Shown: in pieces, positions 58,223-64,000 of the stretch
How the letters are laid out: the number at the start of each line of letters is the position of its first letter
Position numbering within the stretch: position 1 is the stretch's first letter
Assembly (NCBI RefSeq): GCF_009914755.1
Contig: NC_060943.1
Source of the DNA: the human T2T-CHM13v2.0 reference genome, Homo sapiens
Reading direction: 5' to 3' (one strand)
Length of the DNA stretch: 64,000 bases
Notes under the pieces: generated by a model
Databases searched by the model: none
Seen by the model: the letters and a program-made list of their open reading frames with translations, nothing else
What the model was told of the DNA's origin: nothing
Position numbers and translations under genes: made by a program

Positions 58223-61109
58223 CTTGAATCTATTCAAAATCCAAAATGTGCCTACCCCTTAACTCATCAATTCTCCTTCCAGGGTATAGCTGTAGAATAC
58301 ACTCACACATGTTCACAGAATGACAGACAGGAAGATGATCATTGAATTTAACTTTTGTCTGCAATAGCAAAAAGAAGTAGAAGGAGGAGGAGGAGGAGAA
58401 ATAGGAAACAAAACATAATGTCCTTTAATTATTATACATTATACATTCATGCCATAGAATACCAGTCAATCATTAAAACAAATGGCATAAATACATGTTT
58501 TGGCATGAAAATATTTGATATATAATTATATGCAAAAAATGTTTTACAGAATGATACATGTAGTATGAATACAATTGTTTTAAAAACCCAGTCACAAACT
58601 ACCAGAAATATATTTGTACAAATTTCTATATATTTAGATGTAAATGCACAGAGAATGGACTGGAATTATGGACTTGTTGGCATGTGTTACATACAAAGAG
58701 GGAGGTGGGTGTAGGAGTGGTAAAGAGACCTATTCACATCTGTCCACTTATATTTTTATTGTTTGAATATAGTATCTCCCAAAAAACCTTATGTATTACA
58801 TGTGCAATTGTAGAAATCAATAAATTTTAAAACAAATCTAAACCAACAAGAAGTCGCAGGGCATAAAAGTCTATGGGTTGCCCAAAAAGAACCACATATA
58901 GCCAGGACCCCTAATCATGTCTATTTTTAACTTCTGCATATGATCTTCAAGATAACAGGATGTCAAGGCTGGAGGGGCCTGAAAGATCTCAACAGCTCAG
59001 CAAGGGGATCTTTCGGGATGAGTCACAAGACATGGGTTTGGGGTCGAGGCAGAGAGCAGAGGATAGGATACAGATGGGTACTCCAGAGCCGATCGACATT
59101 TCAACTCACCTCTAATTTTACCTGTGCCTCAAAATGACTCTGCCACCTTCAGTATTCTTAAACCTTCCTAATGTAATATTGAAGAACCCTTCCAAATGCT
59201 GTTTACTTCCAAATAACTCTTCCATACACCCATGGTATAGCCTCTCTACCTGTATCTTGAATGTTCTTTTCCCTGGTCACAGAGAACTTTACGGCCTCCC
59301 TAGCAACCACATAGTAGATATACTTGGAGACAGGCTTCTGATTTCTACAGACTTCAGACTCTTAGAAACAATAAAAGCTCCTTTCAAATTTATTTCTTCC
59401 ATTGTTAAAAAATTTAAAAAGCAAACAAATAAAGCAGAGCCTTCTCTGGATCCCATCCCAGTTTTTGCTCCTCCTCCCCGCCTTCCAATTCTATTACTTT
59501 ATCTTCTTTTCCAGACCAAGCCACTAGGGGGAAAAAATAATAATTCTCTACTTCTCTCTACCCATTCACTGTTTTTTTTTTCTTTTTCCCCAGGCAGACA
59601 ACTGAATTAGGGGATTTATTCTACCCAGGCTATACTCAGCTACAAATGATAGGAGAACCCACCTAGAATGGAGTAGATGCAAGGCACACAGGTGATGATT
59701 TTAGTTCATTGCAAGGTGGGTGTTCTGTCAGATGTGCTCTGGACAATAAAGGATCTGATAATGGAGGTGAAGTATCAGGTGTGTTGGTTGAGTGAGCAAA
59801 TTCCCAGCTAGCAGCACAGTCCCCAGCACTTGAGTCCACATTCCGGCTGCTGTGGCCTCAATGCACTGCTCAAGGTCTGTTTCCTTGAACCCCTGCCTTG
59901 CCTTTCTCCTCTTGTCATTCATTTAGCTTACTTTTCCCTTCCTCTGATTGACCCTCATGGCAAGGAGGTATTAGCCAGAGTGGAATTAGGGCTGGGGGAC
60001 ACCTTTTTGTCTTTAATTCCTGCAAACCTCACTGGCCCACTCATTTGAACTGATCCGTTTTCTCCAACTGCAAAATTGAAAACATTTACTAAAAACATCT
60101 TCCTTAAATATTGTGAATTCCTTACTATTGATCACACTGTCTTCCTTTCTCTTCCCTCATCTCTGACCTTTTTTTCTTATAAAAGTGGTCCCTTAAAAGC
60201 CAAAGTTTCATGTTTCTGTCCTAGAGGTCCCTAGATCTTTGTCTTCCTCATTAAATGATTAATTCAACACAATATTAGTCATCCAGGAGGCACTCATTCA
60301 ATGTCTGTTGAATAAGTGAATAAACATATGATAATTGCCTACACTGATAAGGGTCTGACCACAAAGGGAAAAACCAGCTTTTGTCTTTGGGTGGCCATCC
60401 AAAAATCCATGGCATCAATGCATGGATTTGGGAGAGGGCATATTGGAGGATACAAGAAAGAAGTATAATTTTCATGATATTGTCCTAGCCCTCAAGTCAC
60501 CAGAAAACTAATATGTTTAAGAAAATGTGAACCAGTGCCACTTTGTGCAGTGCTAAGTAGAAATGGACTGAAGTCCAGAAATGAGAAAGCAGACTATATG
60601 GGGCCAAGTCCCCTTAGGGCTTCATGTAGAAGCAACTGGAAAGATGCAGAAGATCCAGACAGGAAGAAAGAGCAACATCCCTTCCTAAAGGAAAGAGTGA
60701 GTGAAGAAATCCTCAAGTTCCTTGTTAGTCTGTGGGCTAAAAACACCAATGAACTTGAAAAACACAATTAGCATTAATATGTGATTTTCAAATATAATTT
60801 CCATGTTCAACTTTCAACTTCAAATATAATTTTACTTGTACCTCCACATAGAAGCTATACATGAGTGGGAGGTCATTTAGTGGGTGTTGGAAACAGAATG
60901 AGGAGGACAGAGGACTTCTTAGACCTAGCAGGGGGACCATGAGACCATCTCATCTCAAAAGACCAGGAGATCCAAGCACTCATAGAATCTAGGCACTGGA
61001 AGAGCCTAATGCATATCCAGCCCATGGTCCCACCAATATCCTTGACAGATTGTGGGGTCGTTCAACCTCACTCAGAACATGACCAATAATGGGGGAGTGA
61101 CTGGAGCAA

Positions 61110-61990
61110 AAAAAAAAAAGAAAAGAAAAGAAAACTTCGGGCCAATATCCTTGATGAACATTGATGCAAAAATTTTCAACAAAATACTAGCAAATTTAAT
61201 CCAGCAGCACATCAAAAAGCTTATTCACCATGATAAAGTAGCCTCTATCTCTGGGATGAAAGGTTGGTTCAACATACACAATTCAATAAATTAGATTCAT
61301 CACGTAAACAGAACTAAAGACAAAAAACATTATTATCTCAATAGATGCAGAAAAGAGTTTTGATAAAATTTAACATCCATTCATGTTTTTAATAAAATAC
61401 CCTCAATTAACTGGCTATTGAGGGAACATACCTCAAAATAGTAAGAGCTATCTATGACAAACCCACAGCCAATTTCATACCGAATGGGCAAGTGTTGGAC
61501 ACATTCCCCTTTGAAAACCAACACAAAGCAAGGATGCTTTCTCTCACCACTCCTATTTAACATACCATTCGAAGTCCTTGCCAGGGCAATAAGGCAAAAG
61601 AAAAAAATAAATGGCATCCAAATAGGAAGAGAGGAAGTCAAACCATCCCTGTTTGCAGACAACATGATCCTATATCCAGAAAAACCCATAGTCTCAGCCT
61701 AAAAGCTTTTTAAACTGATAAACAACTTCAGCAAAACCTCAGGATACAAAATCAGTGTGCAAAAATCACTCACATTCCTATACACCAACAACAGTCAAGC
61801 CAAGAGCCAAATCAAGAACAAACTCACAATCACAACTGCCAAAAAAAGAACAAAATACCTAATGTATAGCTAAGTAGGGAGGTGAAACATCTCTGCAAGG
61901 AGAACTACAAACAACGGCTCAGAGATATCAGAGGTGACACAAATGGAAAACCTTTTCATGCTCATAGATAGAATCAATGTCATTAAATTA
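61110..61990 (+). mobile_element. L1 (L1PB/old L1PA) ORF2 RT fragment
   Basis: [22 protein letters not shown] and LSPLLFNI...[10 protein letters not shown]. Confidence 0.9.
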
Positions 61991-62044
61991 TCATTAAATA
62001 ATAATGATTAAAACCTGAATGGTAAAAAAATTATCATTAAAATA

Positions 62045-62478
62045 AACTTCTCTCTGACTTTCTTACCATAAAAACTGGCCATAAAGAATGATCTGGCCTA
62101 CCTTTTTGGACTGTAGATCAGAAAACCCTCATTCCAGAGAGTATCCTGCCCTATACCCAGAAGGAAGAAATGCTGCTCAGAGAGGCCAAAAAGGATCTAG
62201 AAAGACGGGCTTTTCCGGGTTTCCCCACTATGTCTAGTAGCATTAGATCACATGCTTTCTGTCCAATCATATTTCTACATGGCTTTCCTACTGTGTCGGA
62301 CCTAAGCACAACAGTAGACAATTTTCTTTGTATCTTTGTGTCTTCATTCTGAAGGTCTCAATGTGCACACATTGAATAAATTTGTATGCCTGTTCTCTAA
62401 TTAATCTGCCCTTTGTGAGCTGATTTTTCAGGGAACCTTCAGAGGGCAAAGGGGAACCTATATTCTCTGGTTCCCTAT
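62045..62478 (+). mobile_element. MER39/MER34-like LTR fragment
   Basis: cagagaggccaa, aataaatttgtatgc, gaaccttcagagggcaaagggga near the 3' end. Confidence 0.75.
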
Positions 62479-63719
62479 AAAAGAAGAAGAAGAAGAGAAT
62501 CTTGGAAAGGTAAGACAAGAGCAGCCAAAGCCAGGCAGAATAATGTAAGAAAACCCAGAAGGAGAAAATGCCAGATGCTGAACTAAGGCCAGGTTGCAAG
62601 TTTGCCACTAGAATGGGCAGGAGAAGAATCCTAAGGACCCCTTGGGTTATGGCAGAAGGAGGAAATAGGAGATGCCAAGAAGGGGGTGACCTCCATCCAT
62701 TCCAGGAGCCTAAATATTGAATGCAAGCATGGAGGAAGCCTGAGTCCAGAAAGAAAAGCAGGAGAGGGCCGGATCTGCCTGGAGCTCAGAAAAGGATTCC
62801 TGGGGATGGTGCCACTGCAGACAGGTCTCATGGACTGGGGGGTTGCAGCTTTTACTAATAAAATTTTTAATTGGGGGAAACAAAAGGAAACTTGAGAGAA
62901 GGTGCACATCTTCCCTTCTTCCTGCACATAAGTGACTACCCATGCCTGGCTAAGAGCTTGCAAGCTTAATCAAGATACAATAACCAATGGTCATTATTGG
63001 GTGGGGAAATGAAGGTGCTTGTGGTTATGAACAGCTCCATAAGCATGAATCCAGGAAAGAGTGGCTCTAAGGGATTTGGGCTATAGCCTTATTATCAGAG
63101 CCATTCTTCTCATCTTTAAAATAACCTGGCAGGGCCTTCCAATGATCACATTGTGGCAATGGTAATTCAGCTTTTTCACCTCTGCTGTGATGACCTGTCA
63201 GTTGGTTCATATGAGCTCCAGGAGCATCTAGGGAGCCCAGAAGGTGCTGAGCCATCCAAGGAAGATGAGGTTCAGGTGGAAAGGTCAATGGTGACATTTC
63301 ATTTCAAGAGATCTGAAAGGGATCACTTCCCTTTGACAAATGTCTTTGTATCTCCCCGTGGGCTAGAAGAACCATGATTCATACAAGATCTGAGTCTATG
63401 GAAGTAGAGGAGTTCAGTGAAGAGGGGAGATGGAGCTTTATAAGTTCAGTCTAAACATTATCAAAGAGGGGGATACAAAAATCTCAACTGTGCAGGAATC
63501 AAAGACTAGAGTACACACCCAGCAGCAAGGAAAGCCCTGGAGTCACATGGACCACCTACAGAATGGGGCCACAAGTGATAGGCAAATGGCGAAAGTCAGT
63601 CATGCTAGGTCTTGAAGGGCCCATTGACCTCAGGAATTCAGAAGACGCTCAGCCCTGCCTGTGTGATGGAGCACTGTGATGAAGAAGTGGGCTGGGAGAC
63701 AGGCCATCTGCATGGTAGA

Positions 63720-63880
63720 ACTGGCTGCTCTGCATGAGCTGTGCCAGTGGAAAGTCACATGGCTTCTCTATGCTTCCATGTCTTCCTCTGCATGACAAGA
63801 ATAAGAATATGGGCAGCTTTTAAGGGCTGTAGGAAGTATTCAATAATATAACGTGTGTAATGTGCCTGGCAGGCAGTAAC
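63720..63880 (+). mobile_element. MIR fragment
   Basis: aagtcac...ttctctatgctt...ttcctctg...agggctgtagg...taatgtgcctggc. Confidence 0.55.
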
Positions 63881-64000
63881 TATTTAGTCAAAATTGGGTT
63901 TTATTACTTCTTACTCTATTTATAGCAATCTGAGGAGCAGGGAGAAGTTTTATATGTTCATTTATCCTTCTTTGGAGCAAATTAGTGAAGCTGGCTCCTC

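Noticed and set aside
59134-59610. 158-aa ORF
   Set aside because: Low-complexity L/S/P-rich translation over pyrimidine-rich, probably L2-derived sequence; no homology recognised.

Overview
Repeat-dense primate genomic DNA, most likely human or another great ape (it carries Alu J/S elements, L1PA7-, L1PA4- and L1PA2-like elements, and MaLR/ERV1 LTRs). I find no intact protein-coding gene. The dominant feature is a diverged satellite with a 34-bp monomer (consensus CCCAGGTGTTCACAGCTGTCCTCATTGGGCCCAG) at about 9160-27345. It holds roughly 11 kb of satellite, is built from blocks that repeatedly switch strand, contains a ~3-kb internal duplication, and is split by a full-length L1PA7-like element. 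That L1 carries, inside its 5'UTR, a 491-bp inverted copy of the neighbouring satellite that is almost identical to its donor (7 mismatches counted by eye, only 1 in a ~430-bp core). At least five local templated insertions, each with an identifiable donor 1.4-5.4 kb away, occur in the window. The right half holds a MER31-type ERV remnant, two decayed retrocopy fragments (CTAGE/MIA2-like and BCR RhoGAP-like), a deeply nested L1MD-like element, and a second full-length L1 (L1PA4-like) with a short 3' transduction. Family and subfamily names come from recalled consensus sequences, not from a search.
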